This document shows, piece by piece, positions 12,548-26,620 of a DNA stretch of 64,000 nt. The notes beneath the pieces were generated by a model. That model had not been told where the DNA came from and did no database searches. It saw only the letters and a program-made list of their open reading frames with translations. The DNA lies in contig CATNEN010000003.1 in NCBI GenBank assembly GCA_950097015.1, forward strand, positions 4,526,001 through 4,590,000, in the 5' to 3' direction. The position numbers and the translations under genes were made by a program. Source of the DNA: Macrostomum hystrix. Lineage: Eukaryota; Animalia; Platyhelminthes. Position 1 is the stretch's first letter; every line of letters begins with the position of its first letter.

Positions 12548-12850
12548 TCAAGCGAACTCCTTCAGTTTGGCGGCTTCGCTGCCTGCTTCTGTCGGCTGCG
12601 ATGCTGCTGCTGGTTGAAAATGAAACGCATTGGCCAGGCCTGAACGTCGACGTCGCAAAATAACAATGACGACTGCCGCGATGCCAGCTAGGCACAATAG
12701 ACAGAAGGCGACGATGCCAAGAAGCTGCAACACTGAGTTCATGTCGATGTAATCGTCTTCGACTCTAAAATTGGGGCCTTCCGTGAACGATGGCGTGCCA
12801 GGTGTTGGATGAAGCGTAGACGATGGTGCACTCACAGCTGCGGCAGGCAT
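12548..12850 (-). CDS. Small single-pass membrane protein, 100 aa, uncharacterised
   Basis: ATG ORF with one hydrophobic helix (LLGIVAFCLLCLAGIAAVVIVIL) followed by RRRR. TATA box (CTATATAAATAG, 12967-12978) upstream and AATAAA (~12427) downstream on the minus strand. Confidence 0.65.
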   Translation of the reverse strand: MPAAAVSAPSSTLHPTPGTPSFTEGPNFRVEDDYIDMNSVLQLLGIVAFCLLCLAGIAAVVIVILRRRRSGLANAFHFQPAAASQPTEAGSEAAKLKEFA

Positions 12851-14032
12851 GATGTTTTTTAACTAAGTTGGCTGCGGGTTGAAATGTGCAAAACTAAATC
12901 TGTTGACTAGCTTTTGGTTTCGCTTTGCATTCGGCTTTAGCTAGCTAAAAGTTCTTCAATGTTGGACTATTTATATAGAATTATGTATGCTTGGTTCACA
13001 TCGTATAAACATGCATCGAAAGAGCTGTGAGGTGAGACACTAAATTCCAGCCTATCTTAGCTGTCTGCGTGCAAGGGAAACAGGAAAATGTGCAGTCTAT
13101 ACTACGCAATGTGCTAAAATAGATTGGAAGGAAATTATGAACTTCTTGCAGTTGGCAACATATAGGCTAGCGTATTTCCACTACTCGCTAATAAGCTAAT
13201 TTGGTCGATTCAGAAACACTCAACTTCAGACAGTTGTTAAAAGCACAGCAAGCAAGAAAATTATATATTGAATGCAGCGTGTCATGTGTCATGTGACGCT
13301 TTAGTCATCAATTGAATATTTTTGTGTAAGTACACGTAGTAGATTAAGTCGGTATGATTATCAGTCCATATAAACTGTTTCATAAAAATTCTGTCTTGCC
13401 TCACAAGGGTGTACAATTGTGCATGCAAAAATCTGTACTGTGCTTTTCCAGGTCTGCGTGTATAGTGTGAGACAAGAACAGCGGAAGTATTTTTGTTCCC
13501 ACTAGTACCTAGATAGGCCTACCTACGAGTACGAGCTACGAAATTCTACTCAAATTTGCGTCATGGGAGACAATTATTGAATCTTAAAACTCGAACGTTG
13601 TATCCACCTAATATGATGATCAGGTGGTCAGGGCAATCTTAGTACAATTGGTCAGGCGCATTTAAACCTTGATGACCTAGGAAATAAATTTAGACTTCTG
13701 CATAGCACCTGAAAATATTGACTCAGTATACTGCACCGTAACAAACTTAGAAATGCTGATCATTATTAACAGGAGAAAGTCAACTAACTAGGAATTTCAA
13801 ACACCCACATTTTTCCTTTTTTCTCTATCTCCCAAAATATTCAACCAATCGCCTTGAAAATCCAGAACACTGGCTAATATGTTCCGCTCTATCCGATGAA
13901 GCTACTTCCAGAATCCCAAAACATCGGCATCGTCGAGAGATTCAACGATCTCATCGGGGTGTCTGGTGGCGAAAAACTACTTTTTAAATACCCACTGCCT
14001 ACTTCACGATGGTTTTTCGTGAAGACACCTGC

Positions 14033-14620
14033 GATCTACAGAAGACAATCAGATCAATCTACAGAAGACAATCAGATCAATCTACAGAAGACACTCAGAT
14101 CAATCTACAGAAGACAATCAGATCAATCTACAGAAGACAATCAGGTCAATCTACAGAAGACACTCAGATCAATCTACAGAAGACAATCAGATCAATCTAC
14201 AGAAGACAATCAGGTCAATCTACAGAAGACAATCAGATCAATCTACAGAAGACAATCAGATCAATCTACAGAAGACAATCAGATCAATCTACAGAAGACA
14301 ATCAGGTCAATCTACAGAAGACAATCAGATCAATCTACAGAAGACCCTCAGATCAATCTACAGAAGACAATCAGGTCAATCTACAGAAGACAATCAGGTC
14401 AATCTACAGAAGACATTCAGATCAATCTACAGAAGACAATCAGGTCAATCTACAGAAGACAATCAGATCAATCTACAGAAGACAATCAGGTCAATCTACA
14501 GAAGACAATCAGATCAATCTACAGAAGACAATCAGGTCAATCTACAGAAGACAATCAGATCAATCTACAGAAGACAATCAGATCAATCTATAGAAGACAA
14601 TCAGATCAATCTACAGAAGA
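14033..14620. repeat. 23-bp minisatellite (CAATCTACAGAAGACAATCAG[A/G]T), about 25 copies
   Basis: Direct tandem periodicity; the 23-aa period of the ORFs equals three 23-nt units. Confidence 0.95.
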
Positions 14621-15566
14621 TTAACTGGTGAAATAAAAAATAAAAGCCAATCTGAACACTAATATAAAATTTCGCACCCGTTTCACCGGCTAACTTAGCA
14701 ACCAAAACAAACAGATTTCCAATTTATTTACCACTCGCATTGTGCCAAATGCACAGTGTGCCATTTCCAATCATGCAGAACAGCACAATATTAAATTAAA
14801 TTAATAAACGTGCATTTTGTAATAAAAAAGCGAAACATAGAAACTGGGCAAAGAAAAAATCTATAATCAACTGAAATCAATCAATCAATAGGTAGGTTTT
14901 TATTGTCCAGTTGAAACAATACAAACTACTTATAGTACAAATAGCAAAATGATTTCATCCTAATAAATTCTCCGAGTTTATTAAACTGAAGCAGAGAAAC
15001 ACTTGAAATAATCCAATTAACTGCGAATATAAAAACAACAGAACTGATGATTTATATTCCAAGCCGGATCAATAGTGATTCAATAAGTGAACTCTACTGA
15101 CACACAGTAGACTGCTCTGTTTGGGGATATGATAAGCCCTATTTAAATAAAATATTAAAAAACACCCATAATATGTCTTCGAACCATAGGAAAATGTACT
15201 ACTGAGCCAACAACGTTTACAAAGTAGTTGGTAGATAATTCTCGAAGAAGTGTTTAGTTAAAGTTTTCGGCTAGTATGTATGGTAATTTGAAAAAAAAAC
15301 AGAATCCGTAGTTATTAACTTAAATAGAAATAAAATATTCAAACATTGGATTTAGGCAGCACTTATTTTTCTAAGCCCCATCAAGGCTCTTATAAATGAC
15401 AATTATGAATGACTTTAGCGAAGAAAAAAAACTAATACACATAAATTGATTATGAAAGTCTGTGAAAACAAACAATTTAAATTAAAGCTAAATACCACAT
15501 TGGATATTAAACTGGCGAGTAAATCAAGTTATCGTAATCAATAATTTAATTCACCTGCCCCAATCG

Positions 15567-15810
15567 GGCCAGATGTCCAGCCGACAGCACAGCAGCAGCC
15601 ATTGCCCGGCGCACCTGAAGGCTGCGTACGGCTGTTCAGTCCATGGACTGGGGGGACGCCAGACCCACCCCTCAATTATCCAGCCAATGCCGGTAACCGT
15701 TCAACTGCTGGGTCAACTGTAAAAAAGTAGAGTTAATTGTCTTGCTAAATGATTGTTCCAGACGGGACAGGAATCGAACCCCCGACCTCTGAGTCGAGTC
15801 CGACATTTAA
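15567..15810 (-). mobile_element. tRNA-derived CORE-like SINE (family B)
   Basis: Minus strand has GGTTCGATTCC box B, a core like AGCAAGACACTTAACTC...CCCAGC..GGTACC and a CAGTCCATGGACTG palindrome. Homologous copies at 17265, 18590, 34140 and 59490. Confidence 0.8.
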
Positions 15811-15932
15811 AGTCTAACAACCAGGGTAAAAACTTAACTATCATATCATAAAGTCTTTTGTGTCTTTACTCATAGAAAAGATTAGAAAATTAAAGATTAA
15901 TATTTTATTTATCAATCTTTCTGACACATTAT

Positions 15933-16400
15933 CCCTGTAAAAAATTCGGCTGCTTCTTCGGCGGGTTTTTTGTGCAAAATAGGAGTGGAATCTACCAAAA
16001 GCCCCCCTATCTCGCAAGAGTTAAAGAAACCACCCAGGAAGCAGCCGATGTAACCGTAAATTGTGCGGAAACCGCCGAAAAATCACCCGAACCAGCGGCC
16101 CATGGGACAACCAGAGAATTCTTTACGGTCGATTCCTCGACGGTTTCTGAGCATGGAATCTCACGAACTGAAGGATTCTTTGGGTGATTCCATTTCGCCA
16201 CCAAATAGCACCGAGAAACCGCCCAGTTGGGTAGATTCCAAGAATGGAATCCTCCGATTGGTCTGTTTCCAGCGTTCAGCTATTTCTTTTTCTGGAAACA
16301 CCGCCGATGCCAACTGGAATCACCCAAAGAAACATCCCTATTTTTTAGCGGGATTCTATTCCAGCTGGTTAGTGGACTTAAAAAGGGCCGTTTTTTACAT
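15933..16400. mobile_element. Possible non-autonomous DNA transposon (MITE) remnant
   Basis: Imperfect inverted ends CTGTAAAAAATTCGGC / GGCCGTTTTTTACA enclosing a higher-GC segment. Confidence 0.35.
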
Positions 16401-16492
16401 TAAGTAACGAAAAAATATTTGTATTATTTTATTCGACGATGATGTTAAAAAATAAATTTTTAAATCAGAAATCAGTAGCGACAATCATTTAA

Positions 16493-17834
16493 TCAATTGG
16501 TCTGATCAGCTGAAGCGCTGGCAGATGTTCCGCCCTGTTCGTTAGGCGGCGTTGGTGGACGAGGCCGCCCGGAGCCAAAAATCGACGACGCCGTCTTAGT
16601 TGGAGCCGCGGAATTCACTGGCGCACCAACAGTTCGCGGCAACAGATTGAGCTTCGGCCTGCCCGGCGGCGGATTGTCCGACGGCAGTTCGTCAGAGGAC
16701 GACTGGCGTTGACGCCTCTGATAGTCACCGCCGCCGCTGCCACCGTCGCTGCCGCTGCCGCCGCCGCCTCTACCGCGGTAGCCGCCTCCGCCAGTCTGCG
16801 ACTGTTGATAATCTCGATGGTAATTGCCGCCACCACCGCCGCCACCTCCACGACCGCCGTAGCCTCCGCGACCGCGCGGTCTGTCGGCTCCGTCACCGCC
16901 AAAGCCGCCACGGCTGACACCCCCACCGCCGCCGCCGCCACGACCACCGCCTAGGAATCGTAAATTAACACTTAAGACATTGTTCACCAGTTGAATTATT
17001 AATTCAAAAACAACTTAAACTAATTTTACCTCGAAATCCTTGATTACGATTGCGATTATTTTGAGCCCGATCGATTTTCAACTCTCTGTTGCCGTACAGC
17101 TGCAAAATAAAACAGACAGGTTATAGTAAATAATGCACACAAGAAAATCACGATGACAATTTGGCATGTTAGCTAAATTAGCAACCTTTATTCTTTAACG
17201 AGAACACAATCTGAAATCTAAAAATTTACCTGAATTAGTACACAATATAAGACAGACAAGCTAAGCCGCAGCTCTTGCTGTGTACAACAGTTCAGTCCAT
17301 GGACTGGTGGTGGACGCCACACACACCCACACTCGACTCAACTACCCCAGCTAACAGCTGGGCGAACTTGATACAATCCAGAGTTAAGTTTCTCGCTAAA
17401 TGACACGAAGTGTTCCATTTGAGTCGGGAATCGAACCCCCGACCTGAGAAAAACTATTGTCAAATTAGCAAAATTGGCGGCCTGTCCAGTCCATGGACTA
17501 AACAATGTACACAGCCTTCGAAAGCCTGGTGCAATAGCTCTAAATGTACATTAATATACTAGCATAAGAGTACTATTATGAAGTTAGGGTATTCAGAACT
17601 CACAGCTTTGTCCAGCTTTAAGGCAGTTTCCAGAGACTGCTCGTCCTCGAAGTCCACAAACGCGTGCCCTCTGAACGTGTCAGTCTCTCTATCGCGAACC
17701 ATTCGAATACTTTTAATGCGGCACTTGTCAAATATGTGCTCAACATCGCCTTGAATTGAGTCGCGAGGCAGGTTGCCAATGAAAACAGTGAACGATTCTG
17801 CTTCTTCGTAGCTGAAGTCTTCTTTGCGACTCAT
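16493..17834 (-). CDS. EIF4H: Eukaryotic translation initiation factor 4H (RRM, RGG region, conserved C-terminal motif)
   Basis: Exons 17834-17604, 17099-17030, 16950-16493 with GT-AG introns of phase 0 and 1. RNP2 VFIGNL, VRDRETDTFRGHAFVDF and C-terminal RPKLNLLPRTV..PVN..SSIFGSGRPR. Confidence 0.9.
17265..17447 (-). mobile_element. SINE family B copy in an eIF4H intron
   Basis: Shares CAGTCCATGGACTG, CCCAGCT and GGGAATCGAACCCCCGACC with the other copies. Confidence 0.75.
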
Positions 17835-18589
17835 TCTGAATTTTGTGAAAACAGTTGAATAAGGCTCAGTTCTCTGCGTAATTTGTCTCACCTGAATCTG
17901 GTCCATTGGCCACTTCCAACACCTCTAAACTATATACATACTATATCTTTGTAATGAATCCATTGTGCCCATTTTAAGTCTGTCTTTAGCCCACACAGTA
18001 GCAGTATAAGTTAGTATAAGATAATATAAGGAGCCTTAACTGAAAGCTTACCTTGTATAACAGACCAATAAATACTGACCTTAAAATAGTTGAAACTTCT
18101 CCAATAAGAATTTGGCCTACAGATGTCGACTAACTGATAGTCTGAGGCTCTAAATCTGAAAATAATCAATCAAGAATTCATTTAGTAAGCTTCAATACTT
18201 TATGGATTTCGAGATGGTCATAGGAACAGATGTGTTGTATTTGTTTCCTGCCTCTAAATGTGGAGTAAATAAGCAGCTTAGCAAAATATGAAAATTTAAG
18301 TTGCAAAAAGACACTTATAAAAGTCAATGTAATCTGACGGTAACCGGATCATTTCGGCCATAGGCGTTTCGGCCAAAAGCCGTTTCGGCCTCAAACTATT
18401 TCGGCCACAAACCAGTTCAGCCCCAAACTCACAACATACTTATTAAAAGTGGTATTCTTACGGCTAATTTCTAATTTATTTAAGAGTTGTTAATTTTATT
18501 TGATAGTGACGAAGCACAAATGGAAAGCACAAATTTGCCTGCTGTCGTTGCCTCACCTCAGAAGAACAGAAACTACACTTGCCAGACTC

Positions 18590-18819
18590 AATTGGCATTG
18601 TGATGCATCAGTGTTTTCATTGAGAATCTGGAGGGGACGCCACACCCACCTTCAAATATCCCAGCTGATGCTGGTACCCATTTAACAGTTAAGAGTTAAG
18701 TGTCTTGCTAAAGGACACAAATTGTTCCAGTGGAGTCGGGAATCAAACCCCCGACCTTCAAGTTGTGAGTCCGACGCCCTAACCACTAGGCTACAACCTC
18801 TCACTAGGCTACAACCTCT
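18590..18819 (-). mobile_element. SINE family B copy
   Basis: tRNA-like head (GTTGTAGCCTAGTGGTTAGGGCGTCGGACTC..GGGTTTGATTCCC on minus) and core; small tandem duplication of CACTAGGCTACAACCTCT at the head. Confidence 0.75.
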
Positions 18820-21769
18820 TCAAAAATATATTAAATATATCTATAAGCTATAGATATATCTAAAAGAAATATATACTAGAGACTTCTAGGCCACAGATAG
18901 GATCAGTTAGGCCTAGAGGGCACAGAATAAGTGCCTATGCTATGCTACAGTACAATTCAATGCTATAGTATTGGTAAAAACACAACTGAGAAAAAAATTA
19001 CAGCTAGACAATTAAATATATGAGCTGTTGATATAAACAATCACTAGGTTACATTTATTAGAAATTTAGCATTTGCTATTTTTATTTCATGCTATAAAGT
19101 TTGTTTAAATGCAAAAAAATGTTCTACTATATAAAATATTAGTTTTAATGCAAAGGAACTATTTTGTTTTAATATGTCATTATTTTATAAATAGGCCTAC
19201 TGGAGCAAAAATGTAATAAGCCTTAACTTGTGGTTTTATAGCAAGTTTGTAAACACTACTCAGAAGTGTTCTTTCATTCTTTATAAAACATACAGAGACA
19301 AATACTAGGCCTATGAGAATTCATGAGACAAAAGTAGAAAATATTGCTGTACACTTAAGAAATGCTTTTTGGAAAGCCTATAATCAGAAATCCATACATT
19401 TTAATCAAAGATTTGGTCAGAAAAAAAACAAAAAATGATACTTAAACTAAATAATTATACTACCAGAGTAACTAAATACACTAAGCTATGATTTTAAATA
19501 TATAAAATATATTCTCAGAGACTAATTGAAATAGGGCCACAGTTGTTTTAGATTCTTAGAAATGTTCCCATGAATTTAAATGCTTGTTTTAATATTACTT
19601 AAATTTTGTTTAAATGTACCATATGTTTGTCTGCACTAAAAATAAATAGTTATACTGAAGTCACGGAGGAGAGGAGGCGAAGAGATAATACTATAAATAC
19701 ACAAGCGAAATAAAGAGGAAACTAACTCACACAACCTTGGTTGAGAAGAGTTCAGATTAAGAAAGCTAGAAATGTGAAGTGTTCGTGTTGAAGTCATTTG
19801 AGAAAGAGACATTATGAAAGTAAACAGAGTAAAGAAAAGCTGTAAATCTAGATCCACTGGTAAAGCACAAGACCAACTGAAAATTGAATTGAAGACAGTT
19901 AAAAACTGATAAAGACAGATAAAAGACTGATAAAGACAGGTAAAAGACTGATAAAGACTGATAAAGATTGATAGGAATAATACAATAAAGTAATAAGTAA
20001 GAAGTGAATAGAGATTGGCCATATTATAATGCTACAAGATTGAATACATAAACACTAGGGGCCTACCAATTGAATTTGAATTAAAAAGTGCATAAAGTGA
20101 ATAATTAAAGATAGTTATTTGAATAAAAGTGTATAAGCACTACGACCACTTTGGTAATATTCAAACCATATTTAGGCTACTTAGGCTACAAAAAGACATT
20201 AACTATTTTAAAATAACCCTGCAACAACTTTGGTGGCATTAATAGAATTAAGAGCTTATTAAGAAGATAGCGCTACAACAACTTTGGTAACAGCAGTAGG
20301 ATTAATCAGCCCTACGACATAATTTTCATCTAGATGGTACAGATAGACACAATTAGGCCTATGGTCTGCTTAGAAGTTAGATGCACTGGAGCATGCTCTA
20401 GGCCTACCACTAACCACTCTGCTTTATAAAGGACAAGATGCATTTTAAAGTACTATTGTTATTTTCTTTGATTAAAATGACTAATTAACTAACTAACCTA
20501 CTTTTTAAATCAGGTAACAAGTCACTGATTTATATGTATAGCTGTGCCAACGTTTCCTTTTTTATTAAAATATTTTAACCTCTCATGTTTCCTTATATTA
20601 AAAGCTGATTTCAAGTTTACTATGAGGCCAATAGTCTAAATAAAATTTTAATAGCTTACTATATATAATGGGAGCAAGGCCAATACTGAACTATAAAAGC
20701 AGAATAGTAGGTAGGCAGAGTTATCAAAAGCAAACATATATGCTATTCTCTTGGCTAAAATATACTCAGTCCAAACAAAATCTTGCGACAATGGTATATC
20801 GAAAGGGGTTAAACCAATTTTTGACTGCTTTAAGTATAATTAAGTACAAATGTTTAACTTAATACCTTACGTTAGCTGATTTATTAGCTTGGTACAGTTA
20901 TGAAGTGGTTTACAACTTCAGAAGCTAATATTTGTTTTATTTTACACAGTATTCCAAGCGTGACACAAATTTTTATTTTCGCGCATACTTTTTTCAAGAC
21001 AGACGATATAACGAGGGTTCAAGGTTCAAGGGATTTTGCTAGTGACTCATGATAAACTATATGGCTAATAACTTGCGGCTGATCTTATTTGAATGCGCAC
21101 GCCGTATCTGCAGTGATTGTAGGGCATTTTGGTGCCTTTGCTTTTCGGTAACAGCTAGGCATTTTGGTGCCCAGTCTTGCCTTTTCTGTAGATTTCGGTT
21201 CCCACTTGAACTGCAAAAATACATTACATATCTACTTGCGAAAGCAAAAAAATTGCGAAGAAAGCAAAAATTAAATGTCATTTCAGAAAGTCACGGTAAA
21301 GGCACGGTAAAAACTAAGTAAGTAAAACTGAAAATGTATAAATAACTGCTTGAAGTCACATAAAATGAAGTCATATTTACGGATAAACCACAGAAGTGAG
21401 TAAAGGTGCCAATACCTGGCAAAGTGGCTGCAGGTGGCAAGAATGTGTACAAGTTTGTTGATAGATTTTGAAGATTATAATCTTCAAGACCCCAAAAATT
21501 CAAATTTTAAGTCGAATTTATTAAATCAATATTGATTAGGCTGCAATTCAACAACGAAAAACACAAAATAATCTACTTTCTGGGATTACTTAATTGCACT
21601 CATATGCATATTATTATGTGCATGTGAGAGACTATCGATTTATTGCAACTCATGACTCATTGTTGCCAACAATGTGCAATGTAAAATGTGGATGGTCTCA
21701 ATGAACACTGTACAGCGTACAATAAATTTCATTCTATATAAAATACACTCCGCTAAGAGAGTTTGCTTC

Positions 21770-22010
21770 AAGGACCACTAGGAGTAAAACGACGGGAAAC
21801 TGCATTTCGTAGAAAAAAATTAGGGCAGTCTTTTGCGAAAAAATACACCTCAGAGATAAGAAATTGTCACTTTTCATATTTCTAGATTCAAATTGCAAAA
21901 ACTTTCTCAGTTAGTTCGATTTCAATCTCCGCAGTGTATTTTTCGCGAAAACCAGCCCTATTTTTTTCTAAGAAACGTACTTTTCCGTCTTTCTACTCCT
22001 AGTAGTCCTT
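21770..22010. mobile_element. MITE with long imperfect terminal inverted repeats
   Basis: AAGGACCACTAGGAGTA...TACTCCTAGTAGTCCTT ends, with arms complementary over about 80 bp. A related right arm lies at ~32915-33015. Confidence 0.7.
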
Positions 22011-22807
22011 GGTTCGCTTAATGTGTGTTTCAATCAAAAGAAATGACTCTGCGTCATTACAATTTAGAAAATTTCTGTGCTCAGACTGTACAGTTGTGTA
22101 GATTTTACCCACAGATCGATCGATATTTCTTTGTCGATAGAATCAGTATTTTTGCACGCAGGCCGAAATTAACCCGCCCGATTTTGCAATTGCCTCACAT
22201 TCAATTTGCGCACTTACGCTCGTACATTTCCAAAAATTTTCTTACCCATGTTTGCTTTGGAGAATTCTGATTTAGCATACTTCCGCGGCAAGACACTGCT
22301 GGAGTAAGTCTGCAGAGATCTGCAGCTAATAGGCCAATGTACTATACACTACGCAGTTAGCATTTTTACAGCAGACGTGTAAGTGCTTGCAAAATTTTAT
22401 TTTCTTGATTTTTATCTGTTAATTTTAGCTACGTACGGTGACATTCACCTAGTGAAAAATACTAATGAACTTAAATATCCGAGTATGATGAATTGAAGCC
22501 TAACATATGGTTTTAGCCTAAGGTCGTCGGACTCACGAACCCCAGGACTGACGGTCTGGGGTTCGCTCCTTGACCACAGGTCAAGAAGCAAGGTTCGCTC
22601 CTTAAGGCTACTCCTTGAGGCTAGTAGTACGCAGCCTTAAAATTAGGTAAAGTTTAATCGCTTACTAGTATTATTATCTTTTTATGAAAGAGATATGGAT
22701 CTTAATCTACTACGAGTATATATCTATGTAGAGTAAATTTCAACTCAAAAGTTTAAAGTTATGGAAATGCAAGCTCTAAATTACGCACGATACTTCAAGA
22801 TCGCGCG

Positions 22808-25311
22808 ATATATCGGAAACTGGCATCTAGATATTAGAAACTGGCATATAGATATTGGAAACTGGCATCTAGATATTAGAAACTGGCATCTAGATATTAG
22901 AAACTGGCATCTAGATATTGGAAACTGGCATCTAGATATTAGAAACTGGCATCTAGATATTGGAAACTGGCATCTAGATATTAGAAACTGGCATCTAGAT
23001 ATTAGAAACTGGCATCTAGATATTGGAAACTGGCATCTAGATATTAGAAACTGGCATCTAGATATTGGAAACTGGCATCTAGATATTAGAAACTGGCATC
23101 TAGATATTAGAAACTGGCATCTAGATATTAGAAACTGGCATCTAGATAATGGAAACTGGCATCTAGATATTAGAAACTGGCATCTAGATATTGGAAACTG
23201 GCATCTAGATATTGGAAACTGGCATCTAGATATTAGAAACTGGGATCTAGATATTGGAAACTGGCATCTAGATATTAGAAACTGGCATCTAGATATCGGA
23301 AACTGGGATCTAGATATTAGAAACTGGCATCTAGATATTGGAAACTGGCATCTAGATATTGGAAACTGGCATATAGATATTAGAAACTGGCATCTAGATA
23401 TTGGAAACTGGCATCTAGATATTAGAAACTGGCATCTAGATATTAGAAACTGGCATCTAGATATTGGAAACTGGCATCTAGATATTGGAAACTGGCATCT
23501 AGATATTAGAAACTGGCATCTAGATATTAGAAACTGGCATCTAGATATTGGAAACTGGCATCTAGATATTAGAAACTGGCATCTAGATATTAGAAACTGG
23601 CATCTAGATATTGGAAACTGGCATCAAGATATTAGAAACTGGCATCTAGATAATGGAAACTGGCATCTAGATATTAGAAACTGGCATCTAGATATTGGAA
23701 ACTGGCATCTAGATATTAGAAACTGGCATCTAGATATTAGAAACTGGCATCTAGATATTGGAAACTGGCATCTAGATATTAGAAACTGGCATCTAGATAT
23801 CGGAAACTGGGATCTAGATATTAGAAACTGGCATCTAGATATTGGAAACTGGCATCTAGATATTGGAAACTGGCATCTAGATATTAGAAACTGGCATCTA
23901 GATATTGGAAACTGGCATCTAGATATTAGAAACTGGCATCTAGATATTAGAAACTGGCATCTAGATATTGGAAACTGGGATCTAGATATTAGAAACTGGC
24001 ATCTAGATATCGGAAACTGGGATCTAGATATTAGAAACTGGCATCCAGATATTGGAAACTGGCATCTAGATATTAGAAACTGGCATCTAGATATTGGAAA
24101 CTGGCATCTAGATATTGGAAACTGGCATCTAGATATTAGAAACTGGCATCTAGATATTGGAAACTGGCATCTAGATATTAGAAACTGGCATCTAGATATT
24201 GGAAACTGGCATCTAGATATTGGAAACTGGCATCTAGATATTAGAAACTGGCATCTAGATATTAGAAACTGGCATCTAGATATTAGAAACTGGCATCTAG
24301 ATATCGGAAACTGGGATCTAGATATTAGAAACTGGCATCTAGATATTGGAAACTGGCATCTAGATATTGGAAACTGGCATCTAGATATTGGAAACTGGCA
24401 TCTAGATATTAGAAACTGGCATCTAGATATTGGAAACTGGCATCTAGATATTAGAAACTGGCATCTAGATATTAGAAACTGGCATCTAGATATTAGAAAC
24501 TGGCATCTAGATATCGGAAACTGGGATCTAGATATTGGAAACTGGCATCTAGATATTGGAAACTGGCATCTAGATATTAGAAACTGGCATCTAGATATTG
24601 GAAACTGGCATCTAGATATTAGAAACTGGCATCTAGATATTGGAAACTGGCATCTAGATATTGGAAACTGGCATCTAGATATTAGAAACTGGCATCTAGA
24701 TATTGGAAACTGGCAGCTAGATATTAGAAACTGGCATCTAGATATTAGAAACTGTCAGCTAGATATTGAAAACTGGCATCTAGATATTGGAAACTGGCAT
24801 CTAGATATTGGAAACTGGCATCTAGATATTGGAAACTGGCATTTAGATATCAGAAACTGGCACCTAGATATCGGAAACTGGCATCTAGATATTAGAAACT
24901 GGCATCTAGATATCGGAAACTGGCATCTAGATATTAGAAACTGGCATCTGGATATCGGAAACTGGCATCTAGATATTAGAAACTGGCATATAGATATTGG
25001 AAACTGGCAGCTAGATATTGGAAACTGGCATCTAGATATTAGAAACTGGCATCTAGATATCGGAAACTGGCATCTAGATATTAGAAACTGGCATCTGGAT
25101 ATTGGAAACTGGCATCTAGATATTAGAAACTGGCATATAGATATTGGAAACTGGCATCTAGATAATGGAAACTGGCAGCTAGATATTGGAAACTGGCATC
25201 TAGATATCGGAAACTGGCATCTAGATATCGGAAACTGGCATCTAGATATTAGAAACTGGCATCTGGATATTGGAAACTGGCATATAGATATCGGAAACTG
25301 GCATCTAGATA
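22808..25311. repeat. 21-bp minisatellite (GATATT[A/G]GAAACTGGCATCTA), about 119 copies; open as DI[R/G]NWHL within ORF 22761-25397
   Basis: Uninterrupted tandem periodicity with no visible indels. Confidence 0.97.
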
Positions 25312-26029
25312 TACTGAAAATCTATATAAAGATAAAAGACAAGGTAATATTTTATTCACAGATTGATAGTGATTCAGCAATATACAACGGCTATTGAATA
25401 AGAAATAACTATCGATTTTAAATATAGAAATATCATGCCATTTATAGTTTGGCTGAAATGCACAACACACAACACAAATTAGAAGGACTGCAACTTAATA
25501 GTTCCAATTCTTATCAGCTTACACTGAGTCGCAGCTCTCACTAAATAGCTCCAATTTGCTATCTCTGTAATTAAAAATAACAAAAAAGCAAAACTTTAAT
25601 TACGTAGTACTACAAGTAGGCTAAAAGGCTATTTAAGTAGATCGATTTTGAAAACAAAAAACATTTTCATTACCTGACCGAATTAGGTATCGTGAAGTTT
25701 AGGAATTAAGAAAGGCAAACCAATTCAAAAGTTAGCTATTATTTTTACTAGAAAGCTCTGCCTATAAAGCAATGATTTATGTAATTTGGCACATAAGTTT
25801 CCCACAAATGATCAGAATTAAAATTCAATCACTAAATGTTAGATAGAAAAGCAGCCCAAGCATGTAAGCAATAAACTGTCTAAGTTCACTGTAAGAAGAT
25901 ATAATACAACTTACCATATCAAATAGTGTAACTCTTTTCTACGAGTCAGAGGCAAGAAATGTAGGATAGTTAGATTTATATTCTCGTATGATAAATAAAT
26001 AAATCATGAATATTCCGCCTAGGAAAGGT

Positions 26030-26620
26030 GAGATAGATAGGTTGGGGGTAGAGGTAGATAGGAGAGGGAGACAGAAGAGGTAGATAGGAGAGGGAGATAG
26101 GAGTGAGATAGGAGAGGTAGATAGTAGAGGGAGATAAGAAGAGGTAGATAGGAGAGGGAGATAGGAGGGAGATAGAAGAGGTAGATAGAATAGGTAGATA
26201 GAAGAGGGAGATAGGAATGGTAGATAGGAGAGGTAGATAGGAGAGTTAGATAGGAGAGGGAGATAGGAAAGGGAGATAGGAGAGTTAGATAGAAGAGGGA
26301 GATAGGAGAGGTATATAGGAGAGGTAGATAGGAGAGGTAGATAGGAGAGGTAGATAGAAGAGGTAGATAGGAGTGGTAGATAAGAGAGAAGATTGGAGGG
26401 GTAGATATGAAAGGGAAATAGAAGAGGTAGATAGGAGAGGTAGATAGGAGAGGTAGATAGGAGAGGTAGATAGGAGAGGTAGATAGGAGTGCTAGATAAG
26501 AGAGAAGATTGGAGAGGTAGATAGGAAAGGGAAATAGGAGAGGTAGATAGGAAAGGGAAATAGGAGAGGGAGATAGGAGAGGTAGATAGGAGAGGTAGAT
26601 AGAAGTGAGATATTGGATAC
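26030..26620. repeat. Purine-rich ~13-bp minisatellite (GATAGGAGAGGTA)
   Basis: Degenerate tandem copies visible directly. Confidence 0.9.

Noticed and set aside
13896-14624. 242-aa and 194-aa repetitive ORFs
   Set aside because: By-products of a 23-bp unit that is stop-free in all three plus-strand frames.
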